64,000 nt of DNA from Heteronotia binoei (lineage: Eukaryota), in assembly GCF_032191835.1 (NCBI RefSeq), contig NC_083234.1, positions 47,616,001-47,680,000 of the forward strand, written 5' to 3'. Under the pieces are notes generated by a model, which searched no databases, was not told the origin of the DNA, and saw nothing but the letters and a program-made list of their open reading frames with translations. Positions 14,150 to 27,370 of the stretch are shown here, piece after piece. The position numbers and the translations under genes were made by a program. Within the stretch, counting starts at the first letter, position 1; each line of letters begins with the position of its first letter.

Positions 14150-14328
14150 ATGATGATGCTTTGTATTCTTGGTTAATAGGAGGGGCAACAGTGGGAGAGC
14201 TTCTGGTGTCCTGGCCCCACTGATGGACCTTCTGATGGCACCTGGTTTTTTTGGCCGCTGTGTGACACAGAGTGTTAGACTGGATGGACCATTGCCTGAT
14301 CCAACATGGCTTCTCTTATGTTCTTATG
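14150..14328 (+). mobile_element. CR1 3' end
   Basis: Ends ...gatccaacatggcttctcttatgttcttatg, same family as 22943-23222. Confidence 0.8.
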
Positions 14329-14751
14329 TATTTAGGAATAAAGACTTGTCAGTCATCACAATATGTATGTAAATCAGTTTTGAGAACTTGATGTAAATAG
14401 AAGTGACTGAACTTGAGGGTCATGGATTATTCATGATTTTAACTTGACTAGAGTTATGTCACCTCATAACTGTATAATTGTTAGGAAGGTAGAACATTTC
14501 CCACTTTCATCACATCTGCATAATCCTGAAATGTATTGGACTAGGTTGTGGAGAGTTGGGTTCAAATTCACACCCAGCCACAAAGCTTCCTGGGTGATTT
14601 GGGTCCAGACACTTCCACTAAGCCTAAACTGTCTCACAGTGTTGTTGTGAGGACAAAACAGAAGAGAAAACCAATCCAGAACCATGTATTCCATCCTGAG
14701 CTTACTGGAAGACAGGATGAATAAAAATATAACAGCGACAAATGACTGGCA

Positions 14752-14797
14752 ATTAGAGCCTGTTGAAAAAAAGGATTAGAGCCTGTTGAAAAAAAGG
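14752..14797 (+). repeat. 23-bp tandem duplication
   Basis: attagagcctgttgaaaaaaagg twice. Confidence 0.9.
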
Positions 14798-15814
14798 ATT
14801 ATAAAAGCAACATAGAGGAATGAGGGGAGTCTTTGAACATAATTGACTGCTTCTCATGTCTTGGAGTACTTGAGAGGAGATAGTCTTGCTTGGAGACAAG
14901 GGTTCTGCCTTGCTGTGTGAGGTGCTCTGCCCTTGAAGATTCCTGATAGGTGTTTTGTCTGGAATCCTGAGACCAAGTACCTGTAAGAGGTCTGAAATGA
15001 GAAGTATTATTCCTCTTCCCTTTTTGTATTTGCTGTTCATTGTTTCCTTTTGCCAAAGTTCTCACTAATATGCCCATAGTGCTTTAGACCTGGAGGGGAC
15101 AATGGTGGCAGTGCATCTTGATAGGTGAACTGTATTCCCATGCTAGGACTCCTGAACTGTTGTTGGTGTGCTGTGCTGTGACTGGCTACTGAGTTAGTTG
15201 GAATCCTGTTCTCCAGGGATGGTGATGGGGAGCAGAAGTGCAAGGAAGGAAGTAGGGGACACTTAACTGGAGCTGTCCATTCATTGGAAAAGGGCTGGAT
15301 TTATTTACACCTCCTCTTCTGCAGGCATAATTTTGTGCTGTTGAGGCAAAACTTACTGTAACCTAGCAAAGTACTTTGAAGATCTATCCGTTTGCCCTTT
15401 TTACATAGGTGTGGCATTCTGTAAGAGTATCAGCTACACCAGCAGGCCTCTGTGGTTTACAGTGTTACCCTATGCCGGGTTACTCGTGCGTCTAAGCCCA
15501 TTTACTGCAATGGATTTAGACTACAGCAACATTTTAGAGGATTACATTTTTAGTAGCATTCATACCCATGTCCATTTAGTATAGCTCATTGTTAATCTGA
15601 CATCCTGAAAAGAACATTTTGTGTCTAAAGGTCTCCTAGTAGTTAAATAGCAATCAAGAGATAGCCAAATGTGTCATCCCTATTTTACAGGTAAATAAAT
15701 GAAGACTGAATGTGGCAGCAGCCGATCTAGGAGACAATGGCAATAGGAAGGAGATTGCCCTGCTCCCCACCCCCCTCAAGACACAGCTTTTTGGCACAGG
15801 GAAAAGGCCACTGA

Positions 15815-16939
15815 GGCTGATTCCGCATTTGGCGTTTGCCTCCCTTTCGCTCCGGGGTTGTTCCATGCAGGGTATACTCAAGTATACGTTTCCCCTTTTG
15901 TTTTTTAACACGCACGCGTGTTCACGTTACAACACAATCATCTTTGTTTGCGTTACAACGTAATGCCAGAGGCATAATACTGACAAAGTCACATGTTTTC
16001 CTTTCGCCCTGCCATTGGCAGGTTATCTAAGCCCCGGGAAATCTGAGTTGGCGATCCACCATTTTTATCCACACACGCTGAATGTTAAGCACACAGTTTT
16101 CCATTAAAAGCTATAACAAATTACAAACAGATGCGTGAAGGGGTGGGGGGGAGGTTTATGCTGAGGGGTTAAGGGAGAAAGTTTCCCCAACCTATCAAAA
16201 ATAATTTCTGCATACCATCAACAGAGGGTTGGAAGGAGATAATTTACCCAACCTATAAACATAATCAAATTCCTGTTCCCGTTTGAGGCCATACCGGAGG
16301 GGGCGGGGAATCAATAAAGGTGGCAATCACGCATATTTAAAGTAGTTTGTATAACATCGCTGTTTATTTAGTTGCGTTGTAACGATCTTATTTGAAAAAA
16401 AATTATAATAGTCAGGAGTGATTTTAATCGGAGGGGGGAAGAAAGTAATCACAATGCACATTATCAAAATCACATGGAATACCATAAAGAGTGGGGGCGG
16501 GTGGAAGCAAGGGATGTATTCAGTAAAAGAAAATCACGTTACATCATTATATATTTTTCGTGTTGTAACGCAAAACGTGATTTGTTTAAAAAAAATTACT
16601 TTATTTCAGGAAAATACTGGATAATTTTCAAAGGGAGTAAAATTAAGGAAGTATGACGAAATAACTGGGCGGAATGATGGGCGTGGAGTTATGTGGGTGT
16701 GTTCTACTGATGCGAGAAGTTTGACAGCGCATTGGCATGAGTTCCACACATAAATTTCGAGCCCCGAAACCGCATCAAAAATAAACTTCTCGCAAAATGA
16801 CGATCTCCTAGACTCAGGGTGACACTGTTTTAGAGGCGGGTCAAACTGCCGCTCTGGGTCAAGAGATGTGGAAACCAACGTCTGCCCCGAGGGAAACAAA
16901 GCACCAAGGCCGGAGTAAAGCCTAATGCAGAATCAGCCT
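15815..16939. mobile_element. Non-autonomous PIF/Harbinger-type element with CpG-rich internal sequence
   Basis: TIRs GGCTGATTCCGCATT / AATGCAGAATCAGCC (14/15); 3-bp flanks TGA / TAA, consistent with a TWA target. Confidence 0.75.
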
Positions 16940-17239
16940 AAGTAAAGCACTTTCTGCTGCAAGTAGAAGCCTCAGACTGACACAGTCAGCTTGGATTAAA
17001 GCAAAACAAACACCATGAGTCACTCTTCAGTTCCATCAGAAGCTGTCTGTCTTCATGATGACGCTGCCTTGACCTTATGGACCAAGCAATGCTTAAAAAA
17101 ATTCAATGAAGCAAGCAGCAAAAAAATGTACGCAGTTTAATTAATTATGGGTTATATTACAGGAAGCAGAGAGCAGGAGTAAATGGAAAGTTTTCAGAAC
17201 AGATGTAAACTTCGGGGTCTGCCAGGGATCTGCATTAGG

Positions 17240-17600
17240 ACAAGTGATGTTTCATTTGTTTATAAATGTTCTGGAGCCAGTGGTGAACAGTGGAGCCAAG
17301 ATTGTGGATGACCCCAGTTACTTTGAATGGTGAAAACCAAAATGGACTGAACAGTTCCATAACAATCTCTTCAAATTGGGTGAGCGGACAACAAATGATA
17401 AGGCCTGTACAGGCATTGACTGACCAGGAATAAGATCTTGTGGAGTGGGTCAGTGTCAGCAGTGAGAAAAGCAAACTGTATGCTATGTTTTATTACAAAA
17501 GAAACTGCATTGTATTGCCCTTGTTTGGAAAAAATATATGGTGCAACTGCATTTGGAACTGTGTACTGCTCTGGTCACTAGAAAAAATGCAGAAAAAAAT
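17240..17600 (+). mobile_element. Old CR1 RT fragment
   Basis: Degenerate LFNLFINDLE...AKFADDTKLFR motif. Confidence 0.6.
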
Positions 17601-18846
17601 TAAACCAAACAATTAAAGAATTGGTTTTTGTGGTTTTTCAGATTAGATAAAAAGATGACAAAGGGTGGACATGACAGATGTTTAAAATATTTTATCTTTA
17701 GACTAAAGCAGCATTGGTACTTCGTAAGCCATACAAAGGCTACTAAAAGTATACACAAATTATACAATATCACAATAAAAGGAAGCATCATAATCAGATA
17801 AAAATGTTTCTCACACTATTCCATAGAGTTAAAAAATGATGTTCCTGCCATACACTGAAAACGTACGTGTCTCTGAACTTCACTTATGATGGAACTTGGC
17901 AGACATGATGGCATTGCAGTTTTGGGGCCATAACTATAAAGGCCCTGCTTCTAGTGGTCATTTATTGCATTATATAGGCAGACAGTAACTGAAGGATCAC
18001 CTGTTTTGTCTAATATAGACAGCAGCAGGGCTGGTATATGATCAGACAGTTTCTCAGGGCTGTGGGTTCCAAGCCACATAGAAAATTAAAACTCAAAACC
18101 AGCCTCTTTAATTGAGTGCAGAAGCAAGCTGGCAGCCAGGGCAGGGGATGAAACAAAGGCTTCCTGTCCCCTAATGGACACTATGTACTAATTAAAACTT
18201 CCAAGTCATTCCAATAATCAAGCCTAGTATTCTTTTTTTAAGAAAAACAACGGGGTAATTTAAACCCCAAAACCCAAACACTTTCTTATCTTGTATATCA
18301 CTGGAAGTATGGCTACTGCAGTGTAAACAACCACATCCTTTCTCTGGACCCAGTAAACAATTGTAACAAGTGCCTTCCTAGCCATCTGATCTCATGTTTC
18401 ATGGATGAAAAATGTACACAAACTACTATACAACAGCAGGTCAAAGAAATCAAATAGAACCTCTAGAAGGAAATAAAAGAAAGAGAAATTCATTTTAATG
18501 GATTCTTAAAATGAGACAAAGAGGAGGCAGCCAAATGTCCAAAGATAAAGAGTTCCTTGTCAGGGAGACCAAAAATAGCACAAGGGACTGGAAGATTGAT
18601 AAGATGAATATTTAATTTGCTGAGGAGGAGATGAGACATAAAACAAAAAAGTGAAGCAGGAAGAGGAAGGACTATGGAGACACTAGTTCAGAAGAAAGTT
18701 TCAATTTCAAGGACCAGAACTTGGGACCATATACCTGCAAAAAGTATTCTCTATCTCTAACATACAGAAAAGTGAAGGAGGAAGGTTTATAGCCACCTGA
18801 GTGTAAACTCCTTTGTTTCATCATTTTATATTTCCCCTGGAGTTAT

Positions 18847-19023
18847 CAGGGCCAGATCTAGCGGGGAGCAGAGGGGACACTTGCCCCGGGCGCCACCAGA
18901 GGTGGGGCACCAAATTGGGTATGGAGTCCATTCTATTTTATGGGTCCATAACATAGAATAGGTCCAGAAGGAGGCATCATTTTTTTAATTTCCTCCCCCC
19001 CTCAAAAACATGTAGATCCAGTC
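18847..19023. mobile_element. MITE family (three copies: ~5878-6053, 18847-19023, ~20478-20650)
   Basis: Shared cagggccggatctag...tagatcc ends and internal ccaaattgggtatggagtccattcta. Confidence 0.75.
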
Positions 19024-19802
19024 CCAAACTTCCCTTGCTCTCATTCTAGGAAGGAAAAAAAACAAATGCAGTTTTTCTAGGGCATGGTAAGTCATGGCTA
19101 GTTTCATGTGGGTCAAAGAAAGCATGCAAGAGACAGACTGCCTTTTGATCCAAAGGGTTTCTCAGCCAGGCTGAGTTAAAGTAACACAACCTGATGTGTC
19201 ATGGACTGCCAAATCCAATGAAACAATATAACAGAACTGTCACCTCTTATTCTGTGTTGTGTGGGGGAGCCATCAGGTGCTGAGAAAATCAACAGTGTCA
19301 ACAACTTTACAAGCAAGCAAGATAGGCTACCAGAGATTCTTAAACTTTGAAGTCCAGCCCTTCTAAGTTTTTATTGAATTTTCTAACCCTTCCAAATGTT
19401 TGTTGAGGGGGCCAACTCATCCTTATCCTTGTGTACAGCTAAAGTTCCACACACTCAAGCTAAAGATTGCCTAAAAGAGCAGCAACAGATTGCTCCTGAT
19501 TTTAAACCATTCTGCCAGGTATCTTGCATGCATGTACACAAACACACACACACCCCAGTCTGAGAATCTAGGGTGTAAATAGTAAGCTTTAGGAAAGGAA
19601 CTTTGAATCCGCATGACAGCAATCACATCAGAGCCTCTCTTGCTATAGGAAGGATCACAGAGACATAGCATGATGCTACAAAGACAGAAGCCACTTTGCT
19701 AGAGAATGCAGGCTATGGCCTCTCCATAATTGTCTATGTCTGTAGGAAAGTCAGGCTGGCTTTGAGATGCATATAGTTTTAAAAACATGCTGTAGAAGCC
19801 AA

Positions 19803-19998
19803 AGCCCTGACCCTGTATAGCCCAGGCTTGCTTGATGTTGTCAGACCTTGGAAGCTAAGCAGGCTTGCTCCTGGTTAGTACTTGGATGGGAAAATCCAGG
19901 TTGCAATGCAGAGGCAGGCAATGGCAAACCACCTCTGAATGTCTCTTGCCTTGAAAACCCTACAGGGTTGCTTTAAGTCAGCTGTGACTTGACAGCAA
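19803..19998 (+). mobile_element. 5S rRNA-derived SINE
   Basis: ggaagctaagcagg...cctggttagtacttggatggga matches the 5S internal control region, then a non-5S tail. Other copies at ~481-565 and ~55858-56060. Confidence 0.8.
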
Positions 19999-22465
19999 AA
20001 ATAACACCAGGCCCCACAAAGGATGTGCATGATGCTGCTCTCCAAAGGCAGAGTACAACTGCCCCTTTAAGTGTCTTAGCATTTTGCCAACTCCCCAAAG
20101 AGCAGCAGCATAGCATCTCCTGTTTTGGGATACATGTAACTGCACCTACATGATGGAAAGAGCATGCATGACTTTCGAGTTAGATCCATCAAGGCAATTC
20201 CTGTATTCTTACTGAGTCACTATAATGTTATTTGTAGCATGATTATGACCACCTCAAAACTGCAACTCCCTGTATTGCCTCCTACTCTCTGTCTTCCTGG
20301 AAAGAAAATATCTTGGCTTATCTAAATTTGTACAGCAGCCCACACTATTGCATATTGAATGTTGAGATGAAAGCCTGTTTCCCAGGGACTGTCTGCAATT
20401 CCCTATTCCATCGGTCTCTGGCCCCTCAGAACAGGAAGAAGCAAGTGGGGTTCAATGGCAGAGTATCTGTGGGGCAGGGCCGGATCTAGGGGGGAGCAGA
20501 GGGGACACTTGCCCCGGACACCACTGAGTGGGGGGGTGCCAAATTGGGTATGGAGTCCATTCTATTCTATGGACCATTAAGATAGAATGGACCCATAAGG
20601 GGGCATCATTTTTTAAACCCCCCCCCAAAAAAAAACATGTAGATCCTGTCCTGCTGTGGGGCTGTGACTCAGTGGCAGAGCATCTGTTTTGCATTCAGAA
20701 ACTCCTAGGTTCCATCCTCACTGTCTCCAGCTTAAACAATCAAGAAGTAGGTGATGTGAAAGGCCTCTTCTTGAGAGCCACTATCAATAAAAGCAGACAT
20801 CACTGAGTCGGTATAGGACAGTTTCATGTGTTCAAGTGGAAAAGTTTGTTTTTTAAAAAACAAAGGTTGCTTCTTCCCCTGTCACCTGACAGAAATTGGA
20901 ACTGTTGGTAATGTCAGTACAGAGATGTATAAAAGAAAAACCAAAACAGATCCTGCAGCTGTCTCTTTCACTAATATTAGTTTACCAAGCACCTTTCCCC
21001 AAACAACCACAAGAGCTCCAGAGAGCATTATTAATTTGATGCCCTCAGAAGAACCACAGGAAAAGCAAGACAGTAAAGGCTGGTGGCCTGAAATGAAACA
21101 AGAAGGGACAAGGATGGAGTGCCAAGTCATTTTTTCCTGTCCTCCAGGTCTCTGTGTCCTTATTTATGCACAGCAAAATACATGCTTGCTTTAAAAATAG
21201 CTGCCAGGCTCTCAGCCCTTGATGGCAAATAGAGATAGATATGACTAATCACCAGCTCTAAAACACAGGAGTTCATCCACTCAGTCTCTTCGTAAAATGT
21301 GCCAGAAATATACTCTCTAGATTAGATTTTGAGTATTTTGCTTTCCCAGAGTTGCATCTACAAACTTTGCTGCTGCTGCCCAGTGGCAGTGCCACCACAC
21401 AATGTGGAAAGAGCCCCTCAGCACCCTGTGTGATGTTACATGAGCTCTGAACCTCTTAGATCACTCCACTGTGCTCTTGAAAAATGATCTCAGGAGTATT
21501 TATTTATTTTATTTAAAATATTTGCTAGAAGGCAGCTCATGGTATTAATCATATTAAAAACATAAACATCAAAATTTTAAAATCACAGTTTAGGACGTCT
21601 TTAATTAAATGCAGTCCTAAATACTACAGTCTTTGGCTGCCTCCTAAAGATTGAAAGTGAGGATGCTAGGTGGGAAAGTTGTTTCATATACAGTTGATCC
21701 AGCCCCATCCTGTCCTCCAAATCCTGTTCTCATTTGTAGCTTGCACTTTCTATCAGAGCTGAAACAAAACTTCACACACATTTTACTCACAGTTATACTG
21801 AATGGTATATACTCCCCCCAGAAGTGACCACCTTACCGTGCCTTATCTTTTATTTATTTACAATAATTAATATACTGCTATAAAGCTATACTTTCATAAC
21901 TGCCTATAACAGACATTTAAATAAAATCAAGGCAGCAGCAATAGCACAGATAGCAGAAGCAAATAAAGCTATAATCTATCAGTTTTAATAACTCTTTCTA
22001 TATCTTGACTGTTTTTTACTGTTATATATTTTGATGTTACCTGCCCTGAGCCTGTTTGGGAAAGGCAGGATATAAATATAACAAGCAAGCAAATAAATAA
22101 AATAATTCCCACAGCTGTCGATCACAAGAAGTCTGAAGTGCTCAGTCTTAAACAGCTTGTGGAGAGAACCCAAGGACAGGTGAACATCAACGGGGAATAT
22201 GTTCAACAGCATTGGGACAACATTGGGGAAGGGCTGTGGCTTAGTGATAGAACATCAGTTTTGCATGCAAAAGGTTCAGTCCCTGCAATCTCCAATTAAA
22301 ACAATCAGACAGCGTGAAAGACCTTTTACGGAGACTTTAGAGAACCACTACCAGCCAGAATGGATGTTAATGACCTTGATGGACCAATGGTCAGAATCGG
22401 TATAAAGCAGCTTCATATGACTATTAACTTACTCCTAGAAGATGTGCCACCAGCAGACTTTAAAA

Positions 22466-22759
22466 AGCAGAAGGTAGTCCCCTGTGCAAGTACTAGTAGT
22501 TTCCAATTCTGGGGTGATGTCGCATCACGATGTTTTCATGGCAGACTTTTTACAGGGTGGTTTGCCATTGCCTTCCCCAGTCACCTACATTTTACCCCCA
22601 AGCAAGGTGGGTATTCATTTTACCAACCTCGGAAGGATGGAAGGCTGAGTCAACCTTGAGCCGGTTACCAGAACCCAGTTTCTGCTGGGATTGAACTCAG
22701 GTGGTGAGCAGAGCTTGGACTGCAGTACTGCAGCTTACCACTCTGCGCCACAGGGCTCT
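22466..22759 (-). mobile_element. Sauria SINE (Squam1)
   Basis: ggaaggatggaaggctgagtcaacc core and reverse-complemented tRNA head (ccactctgcgccac). Confidence 0.85.
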
Positions 22760-22942
22760 TGAGATTTTTGTAGACCTGTAACAGCCAATGGCTAATTACA
22801 ACAAATGAACTGAACTTAAAAAGCAGAAAGCTTCATACGTAAAAAGCAGAAAGCTTCATATGCTTTCAGCTGGCTACAGGAGAAACACCCCTCGTTAATC
22901 TGATATTCCATCAAGAATAGGCATCTCCCCTGAAAGCTGGTC

Positions 22943-23222
22943 ATAAGAACATAAGAGAAGCCATGTTGGATCAGGCCAATGGCCCATCCAGTTCAATACT
23001 GTGTGTCACACAGTGGCCAAAAAATCCCAGGTGCCATAAGTGGGCCCAGGACACTAGAAGCCCTCCCACTGTCCCCCCGCCTCAAGCACCAAGAATACAA
23101 AGCATCACTGCCCCAGACAGAAAGTTCCAACGATATGCTGTGGTTAATAGCCACTGATGGACCTCTGCTCCATATATTTATCCAATCCCCTCTTGAAGCT
23201 GTCTATACTTGTAGCCACTACC
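22943..23222 (-). mobile_element. CR1 3' end
   Basis: cataagaacataagagaagccatgttggatcagg... (reverse complement of the CR1 tail). Confidence 0.8.
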
Positions 23223-23930
23223 ACAGAACTTCCTCTGAAATTTCTGCCAACATCTCTTCTATCTTCTCTGGATTGAGGCTTTCATCCCTTACTTTTGATA
23301 ACTGTTCTGGATAAAGACAGCTCCAGCTGGTTCAGAGGAAAAGAAGAAAAGAGTGAGGTATCATCAAGATACAGATGATACCAAAGTGCCTTGATGAATT
23401 CTCCAGCCAGCTTCATGTGGATGTTAACAAGGACAAGAAAGACAAGATGGAGCCCTTAGGGACAAGTCCCATGACAAAAGAGATATATAGGAGAGCATGA
23501 AGAAGAACAGCAGCTTCCTTCTGGGATTTATCCTCCAGTTAGAACTGTTACTATAGTAAAACAGCATCCCCTAGATCTAAAAATGCTTAAAGGCACCCAA
23601 AGCTGCTGAGGCCCAGGAAGGAATCATACTTCTTCTGCCAGAGAAGGCTATCAAACAGAGCAGACAGAGCCCTCAGACCAAGTTTGAAGCCTGATTGTAG
23701 AGTCAAGATAATTAACATCATCCATATGCAGCAGGAACTGGGACATCACTACCCTTAAGAACCTTGCTTCAAACTACCAGATTTTATTCGGGTTTATCAT
23801 TACCTCCATCAGTAGAATCTAGTGAAGGCTTTAAAAAGTAAAGGCCATGCCACTGCCTGGCTCAGGTCAATGGAACACTCTCCTCTCTCAGTGTTGCATT
23901 TATCACTCAGCCTGGTAGGACACTCGGGGA

Positions 23931-24124
23931 CAATGTTCCCTCTAAGCTGTGGAGTTTTGTGAGCAAAAATTCTACATTGTGAGCTGCTGGCATTAAAGTT
24001 GTGAGCTACTGCATAAATTAGTGTGCTCTGGGGCCATTTTTCCTGAGCTGAGACAAAAATGTGTGAGCCAGAGGCTAAAAATCTGTGAGCTAGCTCACAC
24101 TAACTCAGCTTAGAGGGAACACAG
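23931..24124. mobile_element. hAT-like MITE
   Basis: TIR TGTTCCCTCTAAGCTG / CAGCTTAGAGGGAACA; TSD ctcgggga / cttgggga (7/8). Confidence 0.8.
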
Positions 24125-24279
24125 CTTGGGGAGTGAGAGATAATCTGTATGGATCACAGCTTCTTCCAGGCAAACTTCAAGTGATACACCCACGCTTGGC
24201 TGACTCCTTTATCTAGAATTAAATCATGGATGATAGATGTTTTATAATAGATACTGACCTGGCATTAACCAGAATTGCC

Positions 24280-25448
24280 TGTGTAACCTTAGGTCTCTGG
24301 TCCCCCTGGTGGAGTCTGTGAGGGAAAGGGGTGTATGTCTCTAAAGGTTTGGAATCCTAGGAGGTGACTGAGGAAAGAGAAATAAAGGAGAACTTTTCAG
24401 TGGAAGGGAGATTTCTGTATAGAAATGGAGAAGGAAACTGTCTGAGGAGAAGAGGGCCTATCATGACTACCTTTGACCAGCTCAGTGACTCTGACTCAGA
24501 GTCCTCAGGTGAAGAGACCAAGGAGGAGGACCAGGGAGGGGCCAACACAGCAGAGATGACTGCTGACAATGTTTCAGTAGCACCAGAGGCCACCCCTTCA
24601 GAGCCTGCAAGAGACACCTCACCATTGGCTTCTCAAATACTCTCACCAGGCCTCCACTGGGCAGGAAGTGAACCTTGGCCCAAAGCCCTCCAGAGGCCAG
24701 TCCCAGACAGCAGGCCCAGGCTGAGGTGAAGTGCCAGACTGGCTGCATGCAACCCCATCCCAGAGCCATGTGAGAGCAATGCTTCCCAGGATCCTGGCCA
24801 CAGCACAACATGCAGCCTCAGGAGCTCAACACCTGCCAGCAATTCATCTGAGCCTGGTTACCTCCCAGTCTATTTAGGCTGAGGCTTGGGAAGGCTATCT
24901 TGCTGGATCAGCTGGTCCACTAGGCACAAACCTCATGAACCAAATCCTACCAGCCCTAGGGTACTGCATCCTCTCAAGGCATCCTGACTAGAGAAAGCAG
25001 GGCAGTGCCCTAAAAGAGAACTGCATAGTCTGATAAGAAGGCAAAAAAGTGTTGTAGCCTCTGGAGACTAACAGCAACACCAGATGCCCTGAGAGCAGCA
25101 GCAACAGCAGCGCTACCACAGACAGCCATGCAAGCTGCAGGAAAGGGCCTAATATTAGATACTTTCACAAGGCCTCAGAGAGACAGTAAAAGGCTCTGTC
25201 ACATATGTCATTCCTACTTTAAACTGTATTGCCTAAATCAGAGGTTTTATGTATGGGCAGTGAACTTTGATTTTCCATCCCTCTGTTGAATAAAGCCTGT
25301 TTGTATTTTGTGTTCTACTTGTGAAGGGTAAAAGGTGATTAGAGAATATGTAAATCTGTACTGAAAATTGTGTTTTCCGTTCTCTGGTAATTCCTCCTTG
25401 GCTAGGAGCAGTGGAAGTTGGTGTAGAAGGCACTGCTAATTTTACACA
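24280..25448 (+). mobile_element. Probable solo LTR (Gypsy-like)
   Basis: Termini TGTGTAA...TTACACA; AATAAA 25289 followed by GT-rich tract; no clear PBS after it; TSD not clean. Confidence 0.55.
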
Positions 25449-27119
25449 CCCCATTTCAATTGCCAACTCACATCCCATAATTTCGTCCCTCAACTGGGGT
25501 TATACCTGGAAGGAGATTCAGTAAAGGAACCTGACACCCAAGGTCCCTTTCTCCAAAAGACCAGGAGAAAATGGAGGCCCTCAGTATCTCACTTTTCTTC
25601 CCCTTTCCTGTCTGTACTCTCGCTCTGAAGCATGTGCCAAGGAGGCCAGCATCCAGTTCTGCTTTGTGCCTTTCTAATATTACTTCCCAGCACTCATGCT
25701 GCAAGGGGCTGGAAACCTATCTACATGTCTCCTGTTCATACCAGGAGAAAACATTACTTAGCCACTCTTGCAGGCTAGTGGCCAACTGGAAATAGAAGAT
25801 ATTCTTACTATGCCCCCCCCCGCCATTCCTCTACATAAAGTCAGCTGGGTGACCTTGGGTCAGTCACAGTTCTCTCAGAGCTGTTATCTCAAGAGCAGTT
25901 TATGTCAGAGCTCTCTCAACTCCACCTACCTCACAGGGTGTCTGTTGTGGGGAAAGGAATGGAAGGAGATTGTAAGCTGCTCTGAGATATCAAGTGAAGG
26001 GCGGGGTATAAATCCAATCTCCTCCTCCTCCTCCAGTGTTCCTGGTCATAACTTCCCCTGAAGGTCAACACCCTTCAGCAGTATCCAGCAGTGACGTGCC
26101 AAGTGTCACGGCTAAGTTGTCTCTCTGAGGTCTGCTTCTCATAGAGGGTGTGTTGACCACTTTGGAGTCAAGAGGTAGCACCAAGGGTTCCCAGTAGGGA
26201 GGTCTGGACAAAACTGGCAGGTCGTGGGTTTGCTTGTTGCAGATAAACCTGGCCTAGACCAATAGTGGCCTGGGGCTTCCCAATGTTGCCATAGGAAAAC
26301 AGCTAGTGTGGTATGATGGTTAGAGTGTTGGACTAGTTTCTGGGACACTGTTTAACTCCCCAAACTACCTAAGTTTGCTGGGTAAACTTGGGCCAGTCAC
26401 ATACACTACCTAACCTACTTCACAGGGTTGCTGTTAGGATAAAATGGAGAAGAGAACGAGGTAAACCACTTTGGGTTCCTGCTGGGGAGGAAGGCAGGGT
26501 ATAAGTGAATAAATAAGCTGTCAATTGAGTTGGCTGCTATTTACCCTGTCTTCTTCCGTGCAGTATTTAAATACATAAACCATTATTAAATTAAGCCTTT
26601 TCATTGCCCATTTCTAATTTTTCACATTCAAGAATATTTCCCTCCAAGTACTTCTTCTCATGAAATGGAAGTTGTGCAGCCTGACTTAAAATGCTGATGG
26701 GACCCTGACTCAGCAGTTTGCATCAGCTGCTTACTTGTCCTTGCCAGCTCCACTCCCAGAAGTGCTTTTTACTCAATGACTTGTAGTCATCACACCAATA
26801 AAGCAAAAGCATCTGGGAACTGGCACTGAGATCAGATACGGGAAATGGAAAGATGCATGAATGGGAAAAGTAGGTCAACACGATGCAGCAACTTGCATCA
26901 CATTTCTCCTTTCTAATCACAGACTCAGGCAGCAGAAATACTGCACCTAATTAATCAATCCAACGAGGTGGTTATTACCTTTAAATGCCCTTCTCAGCCT
27001 GCAGTCCTCATAATTAACCTAAATCAGTTTCACAGGGCTTGCAAAACTGCCCTCTTTCAGCTTGCTTTTAGGATGAAACTCGGGATATGACAGCTAGCCA
27101 TCCTATACATACTCTGAAT

Positions 27120-27370
27120 TGTAGCACCTTAATTGATAAATCATAATGGTTTACTGTTGTATCTAATTTTTAGTTTAACTTATGAATGTAACTTAATTTA
27201 TTTTAACTGTTTATAGTAATGATTGTATTGTATTGTATTGTATTGTATTGTATTGTAACCATGGTACTTACCATGCCTTGTTAGCCGCCCTGAGCCTGCC
27301 TTTGGCGGGGGGAGGGCGGGATACAAAAATAAATTTATTATTATTAATAATAATAATTAATAATTAATTA
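27120..27370 (+). mobile_element. L2 3' end with (TATTG)n microsatellite and AT-rich tail
   Basis: gttagccgccctgagcctgcctttggcgggggagggcgggatacaaaaataaa, as in the other L2 tails. Confidence 0.75.

Noticed and set aside
16640-16800. Adenovirus-ITR-like GGGCGG/GGGCGTGG motifs suggesting an endogenous virus
   Set aside because: No CATCATCAAT terminus and no viral ORF. It lies within the Harbinger TIRs and the resemblance is only compositional; kept only as unexplained cargo.
27224-27370. Short periodic repeats as a CRISPR-like or regulatory array
   Set aside because: Simple (TATTG)n and (TAA)n tracts belonging to an L2 tail; no repeat-spacer structure, and the DNA is eukaryotic.
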